Part shown: positions 12,429 to 26,203 of the stretch, piece after piece
Layout of the letters: each line of letters starts with the position of its first letter
Position numbering within the stretch: position 1 is the stretch's first letter
NCBI GenBank assembly: GCA_037447605.1
Contig: CM074804.1
Span: forward strand, 558,001 to 622,000
DNA length: 64,000 bases
Reading direction: 5' to 3'
Origin: Zygnema circumcarinatum SAG 698-1b
Lineage: Eukaryota > Plantae > Zygnematophyceae
Translations under genes and position numbers: made by a program
The notes under the pieces: generated by a model
What the model was told of the DNA's origin: nothing
The model's input: only the letters and a program-made list of their open reading frames with translations
The model's database searches: none

Positions 12429-13422
12429 GGTGGCGGCAAGCTATTGGCGTTTAAGAAATAGGGCTTTCATTGTGCCTGTGACTCATAGCATTTTTTCCAA
12501 GGAAAGGGTGCCTTTTCTCCAACAAATGGCTGTTCTTTTTTTTCGGTCCTTGTGCTCGCTGTTCAAATTTGTTGAATTTGAACAGATAAAGAAAGATAGA
12601 TAGGAGGGATGTGTGCTTCACGGTTCTCTTTTTTTGAGCCTCAAAACCTTAATCACTGAAGAGGCCCGAGTTGTCAGAAGCCCATCCTCTGTATGCCAAC
12701 GACTCAGAAACCCAAAACCCCTAAAAAAAGAATCCTAAAACCCCTACAAGCAAAGATCCAAGAAACCTTTAGAACCTAAAATTCCTTTTGATGACCAATG
12801 CACGCCTGCTCTGAGAGGTTGCTCACATCGCATCCTCCCATTTGAACCGATGCAGAAACTACGAGCTACGAGTACTGTTCGGCTTCCGTACGGACTCAAA
12901 ATTGAGGGCTTTGATCTGGGGTAAAACCAGTCCCAGTTGAACTGAGCCTTTCTAAAGTCAATCGGAAGCTCAACCCCGATAAAGACATCCTAAAGTTGAA
13001 TTCATCTAAGGTCGCGGAAAAATGCATTATTTTAAAGTCACAATAAAATTAAATTTTTATAAAGCCATTCTCAAGTTCCATCCCTATAAAGTCACCTTAA
13101 AGTGACAATGAGGAATCGTTTCAAAGTCACTCTAAAGTTATATCTCGATAAAGTTACTGGTAACAAACAGTCCGGGTTCAATCGCCGCCCAGACGCAGTG
13201 ACAGGCCCTGCAAGCGTCCCCCCATATATCAGAGCAACCCCTCGCCCTGCTGCTATTGCTCCCGCTCCTGCTCTGAGGCTTGTCTCATTCTACCCCGCAT
13301 CACTCACCATCGCTTCATCCCCCTCTCTGTGTTTTTGAGCTGCCACGCGTATCACAAGCTGCAGAACTGTCAGTCGACGTCATTTCCCGGATAACTTTTG
13401 CGCATTTTTTTAGGAAGAGCTG

Positions 13423-15370
13423 ATGACAAGCCCTTCAGTAGTTGGTAAGCAAGCCTATATTGTACATGTTTTAGAATGAGTGCAAAATGGAAGAAGCATT
13501 GTGAGGAATTGCCTCATCAGTGGAATGCGGAAAAGCTGTACATAGCTCGTGAGCTTGATTACTATCAAGAGATCGTTCATCAATTCATGGCTGTGTTAAT
13601 TAGGCAATGATGCCTATGAGTAACACTTTGGTGGCGCTCTGACTCCCTTGCTTGCATGCTGGCTTTCTGTGCAGTTCCCCGCAATTTTAGGCTCCTGGAT
13701 GAGCTGGACCGAGGAGAGAAGGGCATTGGCGATGGCTCTGTGAGCTATGGGATGGAGGATTCAGAAGATGTGTACATGCGCTCTTGGTCGGGAACGATTA
13801 TTGGACCAAACAATGTAAGCATCACTCTGCTTGTTTGCTTGCTTGCAGACTGTTTGGACCAGATAGGTCCATGACGACGGCTGTTCCTTCATTGTTTTAG
13901 AGGCTTGTGTTTCACATGAATTTTGAAGGCCTGTTATTTTCTTATTGACAGTAAGGTGTAGGTTAATGGTCGCAGTTTTTGACAGTCATCAGGTTTATGA
14001 GCTAAAGAAGGATGCTGAGTGCAGTATGTGTTTTTGCAGTTCTTGCAGTATGAAGCAATTAGGGCTATGTTACCAAATGCAGGAGGTTGCATTGTCGTTC
14101 ATTAGGTTAATATTAAAAAGAAAAAGATAGGCTTTTAGGAATTTCGAAAGAAGGAAGGAAGGAAGTTGTTCCACGGGGGTTATGGCAGTATCACTTCGAG
14201 AGGAAATGCGTACAACGAGTCTCATTCTTATTATCATATTGAAATAATCAGTATGTTCTGTTGTGGTAATCAGGGGATAGTTCTTCGCTTAAACACTTCC
14301 TGCATTAGCATTCGCTTTGCATTCAACGACATGCTTGCAATCGATGTACTTCTATTGTGGCTCTATTTCTCATCATCAGACCTAAAACCCACCTTCAGAC
14401 TGTCTGTGTTAAGCTGGTTGTTTCCGGTCCACCATTTTGGATCGAATGCCATGTTTGTGGTTCCATTTTTGGCAAATTTCCATGCCATTGTTGTGCCATG
14501 TCTTCCCGTGTACATCAAGCAATCTTTAATCTGTTATGTGACATGATGTGAAGATGGAAATAGAATCTAGTACTTCTCAGTAGTGTGAGGTGTTACGAGA
14601 AGGAGTCTCACTGAGATGCTTTCCTTTGTGCGCCAGTCTGTGCACGAGGGCCGAATCTACACCGTGAAACTCTATTGTGATAAGGATTATCCTGATCGAC
14701 CCCCTCGAGTCCGCTTCCAGTCAAGAATCCACATGATGTGTGTGAACCAAGATGGAGAAGTAAGTGTCGTTTCCCACTTACTAACCACAAGAACGTTTTT
14801 TAGCATTCTTCGGATGTGATCAAAGGGTGAGCCACTAGTAAGGGCATACCGTCATAATCAGAGGCAGAGAGCACAGGGAGCTAATAAGGTCCGCTTATTT
14901 AGGCACCGCTAAAATAGTGCAAATCACTCGATTTTTTTCTTGACATGTGCCCTGGCTCTGTATTGAAGCTGTTTCATAAGGTTTGATGTAACACATTGGA
15001 TGCTCATGTAGTTTTCCATCAGCTCAGAGGCAGGCCAGCAAGAGCGTGAACTTCAAGGTTCTAACGAGTCAAATCTACATTTATTTGCACATTAGAACGC
15101 TCGCAGGTAGCCTTTGCCTGAGCTAATATTTTGTCCCTGCCAGGGGAAACTTGGGGGTTATAACTTTTGCTGGGAAAGCTCTATCTTTAGAAAGAAATAC
15201 ACTTTCAGCTATTCACTTGCTCCGTGCAGGTTGAGCCGCGACACTTCAACATGCTGCAACAGTGGCGCAGAGAATACACCATGGAAAATATTCTTACTGA
15301 ACTCAGGCGAGAAATGGCTGCTCCTGGAAACCGAAAACTCCCGCAGCCTCCAGAAGGATCCACCTTCTAG
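13423..15370 (+). CDS. UEV1: Ubiquitin-conjugating enzyme E2 variant (UEV1/MMS2-like), 4 exons
   Basis: MTSPSVV|[37 protein letters not shown]|[41 protein letters not shown]|[29 protein letters not shown]; canonical GT-AG junctions. Confidence 0.95.
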
Positions 15371-16668
15371 ATATTCTTTTGTATTCAGAAAATATGATCA
15401 GTCATTTATTGCTCCCCTCAGCACACACTATTCACCTGCCTCTGTCAAAGAATCGACCACGATGGCTTCCGTATTGGTAAGGGCCCAAGAGAACTTCAGC
15501 AACAGAGGTTGAACAGTGTTTCCAGGTTTCCTGTTTAATTATGAGTTGGTCCGTATTATCTGTTTCTTTGTTTGGTTGCCTTTCTATGGGCTGCCGTTAA
15601 AACCAGAAGCAGTTTGTACCAGCGGTTCTGCTCAGAGGTCTTGAGCTTTGTTCCTTTCGCATAAATTTCCTCTCTATGATCACCATTGCATGCTGTTGAT
15701 AATGTTCGCGTCATGAATGTGGAGATGATGTTAACTCTCCATGATGTAAGGAAAATTGCAAGATGATTATGTTGGATGGTTCTGATGATGTCAATGCTAG
15801 TTGACATTATGAAATTTGATATGATGAGGATGATGTTGTATGCTGTGATGACGCTCTTTACATTGGTCATACGCCTCGGTTGAAGACTGAAGAATTCATC
15901 CATGCAGTGCCTATGGTGACAGAATTATGGGCCATTCTTCATGGCGAACTATAGTCGTACATCCTCCCATGGCGATTCGACACATGCAACATATGCAATA
16001 ATAGTCTCGTGCCAAATTGCCATTGGAATGTGCTTGACCAAAGTATGCAATGGAGAAAGGCCCTTCCTCCCTCCAACGCCATGAACAAATACCATCAACC
16101 AAAAGGAACACTGAGCGGCCAAACAAAGGCATTCAGAAGGCTCGAGAGAAGAGGACGATATACATGGCAATGGATTGCATACAACTCTTAAAACATTTTG
16201 AAAAAATGTTGCAAAGCGAATCACTATCTCGCTTTGCCATGCTGCCTTACTAAAAACGTTTTCTGATCCCTCTTAGGACAAAAAAATCCTACAATCTCAC
16301 TACTTATTGATACTACTCTGCCTAAGCAGCCATTCGACTCCAACAACTACCGGATCCTCTGTTTGACTGTTTCGTGGGGTCTTTTGTCTCATGAGCTGTT
16401 CTTTTTGTGCCCATTTCTGGACTTCGATGGTTGAGCCACTGCGAGTACCCTCCTTCAATGTTAATAGTGCAGGCTAGTGCTGGTACCCTTTCTGCAGTGT
16501 ACTCCCATCCGTACGACCTTCTTCTGCCATATGTACCGTCCCTACCGTACTGCTTCGGTCCTCTCAGGTCTCAACATGAAGGATCGTCAGGTCGAAAAGA
16601 AAAGGTGATACCTTTTAGGACAAAAGAAGGAACGCGAGATGCTGCAAGCCTGCAAGGCGGCTTCAGCA

Positions 16669-19600
16669 TTAAGCAGAGGGTTCTGTGCCATCGTTAAGGG
16701 CACAGCAGACAGTGGCTTTGTGGTGTCCGGAGTACACTCGAATTGCTTCCCCAGAGTTGATCTCCCACAGTCTTGCAGTGGTGTCTGAGGAAGCTGCAAA
16801 AAAAAAAAAAAAAAAAAAAAAAAAANNNNNNNNNNAAAAAAAAAAAAAAAAAAAAAAAAAACACGAAATCAGAAACTTATGCATATGCTTTGTTTGTATA
16901 CATTCATGTCTATGCATGTGTGTATGTATATGTATACAGATGTCCTTTTCCCACTGACAGAAGATGTAGAAGACTAAGTCCAACAGGTTAGGAGTGGCCG
17001 GACTCACCTGTCACAAGGTACGCTCCATCCACAGAGAAGACACAGTCCCACACCCAACGCTGATGACCTAAAGCGTGCAAGTTCCAGAAAGATGTTATCA
17101 GCATTTCACATTTCTGACACTGGCGACACTGCATCAAAACAGAACGACAGATTTGGATATTCTCTCTCTCCATCCGTAGGCTTGAGGATTCTCTCTAGCT
17201 TCGCCATATAAGCCTTCAGAGAGAAAAAATAGCAGTACGTACCAATGTAAATTTAATCTCTGAACGGTATTCCTGAGACATCTACAGCAAGACCCTCCTA
17301 TTACTTGATGACATTCAAGACAACAATAGCGTAGTAAACCTACTGGTGATCATTCTTTCCTTTTCTTCTTAGAAAATGTTCCGAAGAGAATGCTCTGAAT
17401 GCGCCTTACCAACAAGAGTCTTCTCGAGTGTGAAATTCTCCGCCACGTTCCAAATTTTAACAGTGTGATCTGACGATGTGGTTGCCAGAAATCTGCGCAG
17501 ATGACAAAAGTGAAGTAAGTTTTGGGCTAAATTAAATTAACAAGTGTCCCTCTAATTTGAACTAAAAGGATAGTGAAATGGCAAGATCATGCAGCATTGA
17601 TTGACACAGACCTGTTGGGTTCGCAATACTCAGGAGAAAGCAGGCACTTCAGAATGTATGCATTGTGAGCCTGAAGCTTGTGGAGAGGCTCAAAGTTAGT
17701 CGTCGTCTGCAATCCCCATAAAATAAACCATAAGTCAGAGCACCGACTTCTTACAGCCGCGATACGTTGCCAGAAAAAGTCACCGCAATGCTGAAATCGC
17801 CAACTGATTGCTCATATCACGCCCTGTGTTGTCTACTTATATCTTGCAGGTAATGCAAACATAAACGTCTGCAAACATAACCTCAACATTGGGATTTCCA
17901 GTTCCTGCCCCAAGAAGTATCCTTCAGCAACATCCCCCTTTTCGTGAATCCTACTCTTTCCCTAAATCTTCTGCCCACTCCCTCAACATAAACGTCTGCA
18001 AACATAACCTCAACATTGTGATTTCCAGTTCCTGCCCCAGGAAGTATCCTTCAGCAACATCCCCCTTTTCGTGAATCCTATTCTTTCCCTAAATCTTCTG
18101 CCCACTCCCTCAAGATTAACTTTACTTCCTAGTCCCAATTCCACTTTTCCCATGTTCTCTATCTGCCAATTACACCTCCAAAGAGGCTGAGCGGTACATA
18201 CCCAGAGGCCCCACCTGCGCCCCTCTGAGCAGGCGCCACACAAAGCACGTTCCAGCGTTGTTGGCCGCCACCACCAACCCTCCATCCCACATCACAGTAA
18301 GAGAGCGAATGGCTGTGTCTACTTCTGGAACCTGCAAGACAGGAGCATTAGGATTAGGGTTATTGATAGGGTTAGGATTAGGGGTTAGGGTTAGGGGTTA
18401 GGGTAAGAGTTAGGGTTAGGGTTAGGGTAAAAGTTAGGGTTAGGGTTAGGGTTAGGGTACGAGTTCGGATTAAGGTCAGGGTTAGGGTTGGGGATAGGAA
18501 TAGGGATAGGAATAGGGTTAGGTGATGGTGAGGGTTAGGGTTAAGGTTAAGGTTAAGGTTAGGGTTGAAATTAGGGTTAAGGTTCGCGTTAGAGTTAGGG
18601 TTAGGGCTAGGATATGCTTAAGACATTTGAGGGTGTGAATTGAAAGTAGCTATTACCTGCTGCAGTAGGACAAGGACCTTTAGTGAGGTAATGGGAGTGA
18701 TTGATAAAAGCTGCTATCTCAGGTTTGAGGAAGGATGCAGAGCAAAGCTCACCAGTTCACAGCTGCAAGAATTGGCAGTAAGATCCCAGACGCGGATGTT
18801 TCCATTCTGATCTCCAGAAATTAGCTCACTCTGCAGATATCAGGATTACGAAAGGTATCAGCAGATAACACAACATGGGAATATGAAATGTCTAGCTAGC
18901 TATAATGGGCGTCTTCCCCCATTGCTTCCATCCCCAGTCTCCCATAATCAAGTCCCTAAACGACTGAGCTACTACCACCCAAGCTTCAATCACAAGTTCA
19001 AGTCCCATTTAGACAAGACGTTAGGTAACAGGATTATGACTAGAGGAAGTGGAAGCAGGTCAATCCATCAGACCTGGTTCGGATGCAGGACCACTGTGTT
19101 CACAGCGGCACGGCTCTCATATTCTCGTTGGCATCCAGGAGCCCTGCTTGAGCAGCCACGCAGAAACAAAAAGAAATCAGATAAAGTACGTGTTGCACGT
19201 AATAGAATCTCACTACGTCCGAACAGGAGGTCACTAATTTCTTGGGATTGCAAGCTGGGCTTACGGTTCAGTGCATATTAGCCTACTTCTGAAAGCGCAC
19301 CTGAGATCCCATATCTTGACAGTCCCGTCTTCGGATCCAGAAAACATCCATTTGCCATCACACTGAAAACCAACAGCGGTTACATTATTGGTGTGTCCAT
19401 CGTAGCTGGTCACCTGCAGCAAAGGGGAACCAAAATGTTTTCATTCATATGCGTGTTTTTTTGGACCAGGACGGCTATAGATGAACAATTTGATTTGGAA
19501 CAAGATGATAAGAGGGCACAGTTTTCCAGAAACAAGTTAAGGGGAGCCAGGCCAGTTATTGCATGCAATGCAGCACTAAGAACATAAATGCGGAGGAACA

Positions 19601-20171
19601 TCGTCTAAAGCTGAGAGGCAAAAGAGCTATGAAACTCACAGGCTGTGCTGTACTCGAATTAACCTCAAACAAGCGAATATGTGGATTTCCTGCTGCTGCC
19701 AGGTACTGTTTATCAGGAGTGATCTCCAGCCGATTCACTTGCTGTACACCCTCTCATGAAAGAACTCGCAGTGTTATTAAAAACGTGTCTTCGTCAAAAG
19801 ATTTTTCACCGCACGGAGCGAAACGGCCATATTCAAGGACTGAAGTGAAATGCGTTCAGAAAAACATCCATACTTTACCAACTACACACCATGTAAATCT
19901 AGCAAACTTCAAATAATCTACAATGTTAAAACACACACAATCTCAGCCTTTCAGACCAAATATCTGCATAATCGTTTCCATAGTCCACACCGCTCGATCA
20001 CCGGACAAACAATCAATAACAGTGCCAGTTGAGCACTTTCATAGGAAACAAACGATTACTTACAGAGTCTGCATACTGCAAAGTTCTATAGCAGCGACCA
20101 GTTGTTGCTTCCCAGAAGCGGATTGTATGGTCGTAGCCTGCAGTAGCTAGCACCACAGAGGGATGCGGCAT
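16669..20171 (-). CDS. LST8: TOR complex subunit LST8 (WD40), 9 exons
   Basis: [22 protein letters not shown]; [24 protein letters not shown]; [23 protein letters not shown]; [16 protein letters not shown]; [17 protein letters not shown]; [19 protein letters not shown]; [23 protein letters not shown]; stop 16669. Confidence 0.96.
16798..16861. repeat. Poly(A) run spanning a 10-N gap (poly-T tract before the last LST8 acceptor)
   Basis: A-run with n at 16826-16835; true length unknown. Confidence 0.9.
17858..18111. repeat. 127-bp tandem duplication in an LST8 intron
   Basis: aacataaacgtctgcaaacataacctc..ctgcccactccctc at 17858-17984 and 17985-18111, a few substitutions. Confidence 0.92.
18349..18612 (+). 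repeat. Degenerate interstitial telomere-like (TTAGGG)n array in an LST8 intron
   Basis: About 18 exact TTAGGG by manual count plus variants TTAAGG, TTAGGGG, ATAGGG; no TTTAGGG. Confidence 0.9.
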
Positions 20172-20539
20172 GTCTACCGTCCTCCCTATGGCTCCTCCTC
20201 CTCCTCCTCCTCCTCCCACTTCCTCTACCCTCCCGCTCACATTAGTATAAGAAGGTCATCCCTCCCTCCCCTCTCCCCTCTTCCATTCTCCCTCCCTTCC
20301 CCCTTCCCCTTTGCCTCTCCCTTTCCCTTCCCCTCCACTTCAGGCCCTTTCGTACCTCGCACATATACCAATGAGCATTTGCCACGTGTGTACATTGCAT
20401 ACGTGGCGAGTCCCCATTGGAGAGTTTGAATGTATTTTTTGTTCAGGCCGCCGTTGGAACACTGCGACTCTCCGCCTCCCTCGCGCGCTCTCTCTCATTC
20501 TCTCTCTCTCCTGCGGAGAGTTGCAGGGGCAGGAGAGCC

Positions 20540-23255
20540 ATGGCGGCAGAGCCCGGCGCTGCAGGAGCAAGCGCGATGATGGTGGGTGCGGAGGAGGAGC
20601 TGCGGAGCTTCTTTCGGAGGGTCATGGCGGACACTGCAGAGTCTTCTGCGGGGCCGAAGCCAAGCAGCACAGGGTTGGAGGAGGCAGCAGCGAAAGTGGT
20701 GGCAGGGAGACTGCAAAGCAGAGGAGGGCAGAAGCAGCCTCTTCGAGGTGCTCTCGCTATTCGGCCTGTCTTTCGGCGCGGAGGAGGAGGAGGAGGAGGA
20801 GGAGGAGGAGGAGAAGGACGAGGAGGAGCAGGAGCAGGAGGAGGAGTAAGCGGAGTAGCATTAACAGGAGGAGGGAGATCTCCAGGCCGCTATATCCCTC
20901 TTCCTCCTGGACTTTTGCAACGGGCCCACCCCCCGCAGCATGTGCTTGCACAGGTGGCGCCATTCAGGGAGGGGCAGACGCTGGGAGAGGCCCCTTCACA
21001 GCAGCCAGCTCCTGTGCGGAATACGCGAACTGGAGAGGTTCTCCTGCAGGTAACGAGGGTGAAGGGTTAATGCAACTGCACAGTGGATTGGATTTTTTTT
21101 TAGCTTAAGTTGGAAACACTCGTGGGTGGTGGTGCAAAAGAGTTCAGATAAGCACATTGAATTTTTTTTGGTAGTAATCATTGAAAGAGGTGAATTTGAA
21201 AGAGTTAGCACTGCTTGTGGAAACTTTTTGCTGATTCTCATGAGAAGTTCTCAGTCAAACTTATTTCTCCTACATGTACCATTCCATCAGTTTCCGTCCT
21301 CTGTCCGTTCCCTCTCGGCAACAAAGATCGATTTTCCCCGTGCCTATTGCATGTCCAATTTTCGATGGAATTTTCAGAACTCTTTTCTTAGATGATGGCT
21401 TGTCTGTAAAATTACTCTTTGACGGTAATGCAATTGCCTGCTCCATCGACAAAAAATAGAGTCGTAGGCTATTCACTTGCCTTTATCATTCACTTTACAT
21501 CTTAGAGTCCCTTTCAGAGAATTTACTAATTCAAGGCCGTTGAAACTTGGAAACTCTGAAGCACAGAGCTAGTGTTGCAGTTTGAGAGCTTAACTGAAAT
21601 GCCTACATATAGATTGATATTGAAAGTAAGAAAAGCTTGCTCGGTTCAAGTAAATGGCGATGCTTGAGGATAAGGCTCGCATATTCTTGTCTCGACTGCA
21701 GGGATGGGGATTGCCATCCAATAGATCCAGCACAACACCTGGGTATGTTGCGCAAACTCTTTCGTCTCATTCTCTATTGTAAGATATGCGCGAAGCGGAA
21801 AGGAGTTTGTCAGATGAACTCATATGTGCATGCAGAGCAAACGATATGAGTTACATCAGGCATGATTATAGTTGATCCTAGCTTTTGTCCGATAACATGA
21901 AAAGTAGGCCTTACTCTTTTCAGCATGGAAGCAATTCTCCTTTTTTTTGGCGGCTGAAATTGGATGATGGGGAAAACCTGCATCAGGCAAACGGCTGCTG
22001 ACTTGCCATCCGTGCTTCTTCACGATCGGAAGGTACGAAACTCACTCTTTTTCCCCCACAGGACAATCTTTTTCGGATAGACTTGTAAGACTAGAGTAGA
22101 CTTGAAGTGTGCAGGTCGAGGCTAACGTAGGTGTATGCTTTTTGATCCTCCAACTGAAACAGACAGACAGATGAGGTACTGCAGGTCCGACTTACTTCTG
22201 AAATGGACCGGACGTCGCTTTACGCACTTTGTCGGCGATGGCTGCACAATGATGTTCCAAGGGGGAGGCAAGAGGTCTGTAAAGAGCATCACCAAGGAGG
22301 GATGTCTTCAGGATTTGGAAGATTTTGAGGATTGGAGGGAAACCTGTAGTTGAGGCATCTGCTTTTCTTATGAGCACATTTTCGTCCATCGTGGTGGGAG
22401 TGAGGAAGAGTTGAAAGAACTTTGAATTGCCCTCTGGAGTCTTTGGCTACTGGTTTGAGCAGTGAAGAAAGAGCAGAGGCTTGATTTATTTTTGCCTAAA
22501 GAAGGGCTTGATGCATGTATGGATTGGCCAGATGGCACGCTGTCTGGGAGGTGTGACGGATTCCTGGCCTATACCAGGAGGGTTTCTGATGCTGCCACCT
22601 CCCCCTCCCGCAGAGGAAGGTGGAGAGGTAGTAGGGACAGAAGCTGAGGTGGTAAGTACAGGAAGAGGGAATTGTAGAGCTTGTGTCTGGAATGTCGAGT
22701 TTGTGAGCTGTTTTGCATTTGGAAAGTAATGTTAGTGGTAAGAGTTTCTTATGTTGGGGACAAAGTCGTCTGAAGGTGGGCCTGCGGCAGAGAAATAGGA
22801 GTTTAAAGTAGTAAAGCATGAACTTGTGCACTGAATGGTAGTACTCTTTCTCTCTCTCCCCCCCTTTCTCTCTCTCTTTCTCTCTATCTCTCACGTTGTG
22901 TATGCGCGGCCGGTTTGCAGTCATCACCAACAGGTTGCGCCCCAACATTGGAAGCGCATATGCAGCACTTTGCCCAGATCAGAAAAAGGTATTCCTCTTT
23001 CATTTGATGCTAATGGTATAGACGGTGGCAAAAAGGGGGGAGACAGAAAGTGCTTGCGGGAGAACTAAAAGTTTGACAGGAAGGTTAGCACCAAGTCTGC
23101 CTTTTTTTTCATGACAGTGAAGGGAAAGAGGAGGGTGCAGATGCCAGGCCAAGAGGATTAGGAGGATTGTTCGGTACCGCTATCGGCTTCAAATGCTTCT
23201 TCCCTCCCCCCGCTTGGAGATCGCCTTTCAGGATGGCAGTCATGCAGCTCCTTAA
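20540..23255 (+). CDS. LIN37: DREAM/MuvB component LIN37-like, multi-exon
   Basis: Exon 1 20540-21049 (poly-Gly). Exon 22185-22274 VRLTSEMDRTSLYALCRRWLHNDVP matches the LIN37 SLYxLCRxW motif; then Pro-rich, TLEAHMQHFAQIRK and last exon CQAKRIRRIVRYRYRLQMLLP..*. Internal exons at 21.2-22.1 kb are only partly resolved. Confidence 0.8.
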
Positions 23256-24388
23256 ATGGTTTTCCACCACCAGCCAACCTCTCCGTCTGCAGGGGGGGAG
23301 GAGGGAGGGGGGAGGAGGGGGATGGGCAGGCATACATGATCTGAGGAGCTTTTATGAGGTGAGACAATTAACGTCCTATTTTATGCTAAACCACTCGTTG
23401 GGTCCCAAGTGCACATGTGATGTGGCATCCTCATGGTACCTCACACCCTTACGCCGCCACACTCCAAGATGCTCACACATGAAAACTTACACCTGACCAA
23501 GATAACGAACATGGATCTGTCCTTGTCTTGTCTTTCTTGTGGTCATACATGTTCAATCGATTCTATGCATGTCCTGCCACCGTTGGGATTACTCATAATG
23601 TTTCTTCGTTGTTTTGTATGATCTAGTGTTAACTAACATTAGCGATTCGATTGGTCAACGCCCCCTTTTTTTCTGACGGAGTGCACGCCTGGTGTCAGTT
23701 TATGAAAATCCACCAAAACGCAGACCATCCTTTCCTTAGTTTTTCTGAATATCTCTTTTGGATTTGTGTTTTGGGTCCTTGAGGGTTTTTAGGGCTATTT
23801 CAGGTGCTCTGAATCGAGAGCTCTTCCATGGGATGTAACCGTCGCCATTCCCATTCTGTGAATTCCTCGTTGCTGTTGTTTTTAATGCTTTTAAATCAAG
23901 CGCAGAGCAGAAATGTGGCTAAGTTATCGTCAACCTTGTCATACGTCTCCAGACAGTAACCCATGTCATGTATATGTTTATGTACAGTTCCATCAAGTCT
24001 TCAATTGAACCAGAAGTTAGATCAATATCATTGAATGGATTTGAACATAATTAAGTAGAGGATTCTCAGACTTGAAAAAATAGATCTAGATGATGATAAC
24101 TGATAGTGAGAAACCTTTCTATGTCTAAGACTCCTCGATAGCGTGTGTTACACTCAGACATTGCGCTTCGGACTTTTCAGAAACAGTACTTTCAAACTTT
24201 ACTTGAAATCAAATCTCTGGAAGGCATTGACTAGCTTGAAATACTACATTCTTTGTCAAAGCAAAACAAGGAAAAATGCAAACATGTAGAGGAGTTGAAA
24301 CCAGAAAGCAATAACCTTTTCCAGAAGTTTCAAACTCCGGATAGCTGAAGCTTTGGCCCTCCTTGAGATGTTGCAGAGAGCTGTGCGT

Positions 24389-26141
24389 TTATGTATTTAG
24401 ACTGAACTTGTACTTACATTTGACACACTCATAGAAAACCGTTTGCCCTTCATCCGCCGATCGTAACTGAATCCACACCCGCCCTTTCAAGCTTTGTTAG
24501 ACAATGCTAGCAGTCACAGTTGTCTAAAGCTCAACGGAAGGAAGGAAGGGAAGGGAAGGGAAGGGAAGGGAAGAAAAGGGAAGGAAAGGGAAGGGATCAT
24601 TGCATCCTCTTCAGGACCCTAAAAAATCTATACTGTAATATTAAAAACCATAAAAGACAAACCTGAAATCTGATGGTTCAATGAGAAAAGCCCATGGGAA
24701 GTACCTCGTTCAAAAGCAAACTCAATATCCTGATGAAACTTTTATATGCAGCATCTGGTGTGCAACAGCTCATTGCAACGGAATAGGACGAGGACATGGA
24801 CAATGGGACCTACCTGCATTGTGTAGTACTCCATCTCCTTGTTGCCGCAATTCGGACAAGTTTCATTAACCTGCTCCAAACAAGCCAACCAATATCAGCT
24901 CAAATCTCCTCAAACACAGATTGAAGACCTTTGCAAAGATATGGGCAGAGATTCAGTCAACTTCAGGAGTATAGAGAGCGAAAGAGCTGCAAAAGTCTTA
25001 TCATCAGCTAGAGGGCTTACTGACTTCTGACTTGTTCTGTTCGTCACTAGATTATATCACAGTCAGAAACTGGGTCCAAACTCTAGAAGTAACTGAATAC
25101 CTTGGCACGTTCCAACACATTGTTCGCCTCTCCTGCTACGACAGCCTCATCTGCTGCCAATGGAACTAATGGCTCAATACCATATCTCCTCATAAAATCC
25201 TGCAATGTAAAAGCCAAACTGAGAACACGTCAAGATTGTGCAATTGACAAAACCTACTTCTATCTTACTGACGAAACAAGTTCAATATTAGAGCCCTGAC
25301 AATCACATCAGCAACATATGCAACAATTCTAACTACTTTGCGACATGTGTTGGCCGTCTGAAGTATATTCACTTCAGACCTAGGGTGATATGTTCCAGTT
25401 CAAAAGACATGTAACTTGACAAGGCCAAAGGATAGATTATAAGAGAATTAGAATTGTTTCACGTGCCACCGAGAATGCAAATGTGACTCATGGCGTTGTT
25501 AAACGACTTCACTACAATCTGTTGCCACTTAAGGTTCCAAAAAACGACTTGACCAAATGAGACAAAGGAAGCAGCGAAGACATTGCTCCTCCGGATCAAT
25601 TAAACCAGAGATATAGATTTATACACTAGAAAAAAATATCATTTACACATTTAACCTATACCATTAGTTAAGCTCCCATTAAATGCAAGTTTCTTCTTCT
25701 TTCTTTCTAGCGATCATACCGCAGGGCCACTCCTGGTTACCACCACATTTTCCCCTGCAAAGATAAACCAAAAAGCCGACATTGCAATTTGTAAGCTCTT
25801 AAAACTTTTAGCAGCGACACATCTGCTTGAACCAGTTACAAGCGGCTAATTACAGCGACTCTGGAAGAGGTGCGACGTCATACTTCATCGGCTGTCAAGA
25901 GCCTAAAGTGTCTTTGTGTAGCTAAAAATGGCATACTAACCTTTAGCTGTTAATCTAGTCCCCTAATCTGCAAACAGAAGATACACGAGCGACATAAGTT
26001 AAAAAAGCAGATACATGTTAACTGACCTGAGAGCACGCGTTGCTGCTTGCAGAGGGGACAAGATGCAACTCGACCATCACTAGGCAGGTCGAGAAGGGTT
26101 CCACAAAGAGAGCAGAATAGGTGCCTGTAAGCACTCGCCAT
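24389..26141 (-). CDS. RPA12: RNA polymerase I subunit RPA12, 5 exons
   Basis: LFCSLCGTLL..CPLC N-terminal zinc ribbon; VNETCPNCGNKEMEYYTMQ|LRSADEGQTVFYECVKCKYKF TFIIS-like C-ribbon with QxRSADE motif; stop 24389. Confidence 0.93.
24535..24596. repeat. (GGAAG)n microsatellite in RPA12 intron
   Basis: ggaaggaaggaagggaagggaagggaagggaagggaagaaaagggaaggaaagggaaggga read directly. Confidence 0.85.
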
Positions 26142-26203
26142 GGGACTGCAGCGAGAAGCGAAGACACATAGTCATGCTGGTCAGTGCCAACACATGCCAT
26201 TGT

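Noticed and set aside
15556-15903. 115-aa minus ORF between UEV1 and LST8
   Set aside because: ATC/AAC-rich low-complexity 3' region; no homology recognised.
20311-21108. 265-aa alternative-frame ORF with poly-Arg
   Set aside because: Other frame of the (GGA)n-containing LIN37 exon 1; non-ATG start.
23780-24380. Exon-like fragments on the minus strand downstream of RPA12
   Set aside because: Stops in all frames and no consistent splice model; likely 3'UTR.
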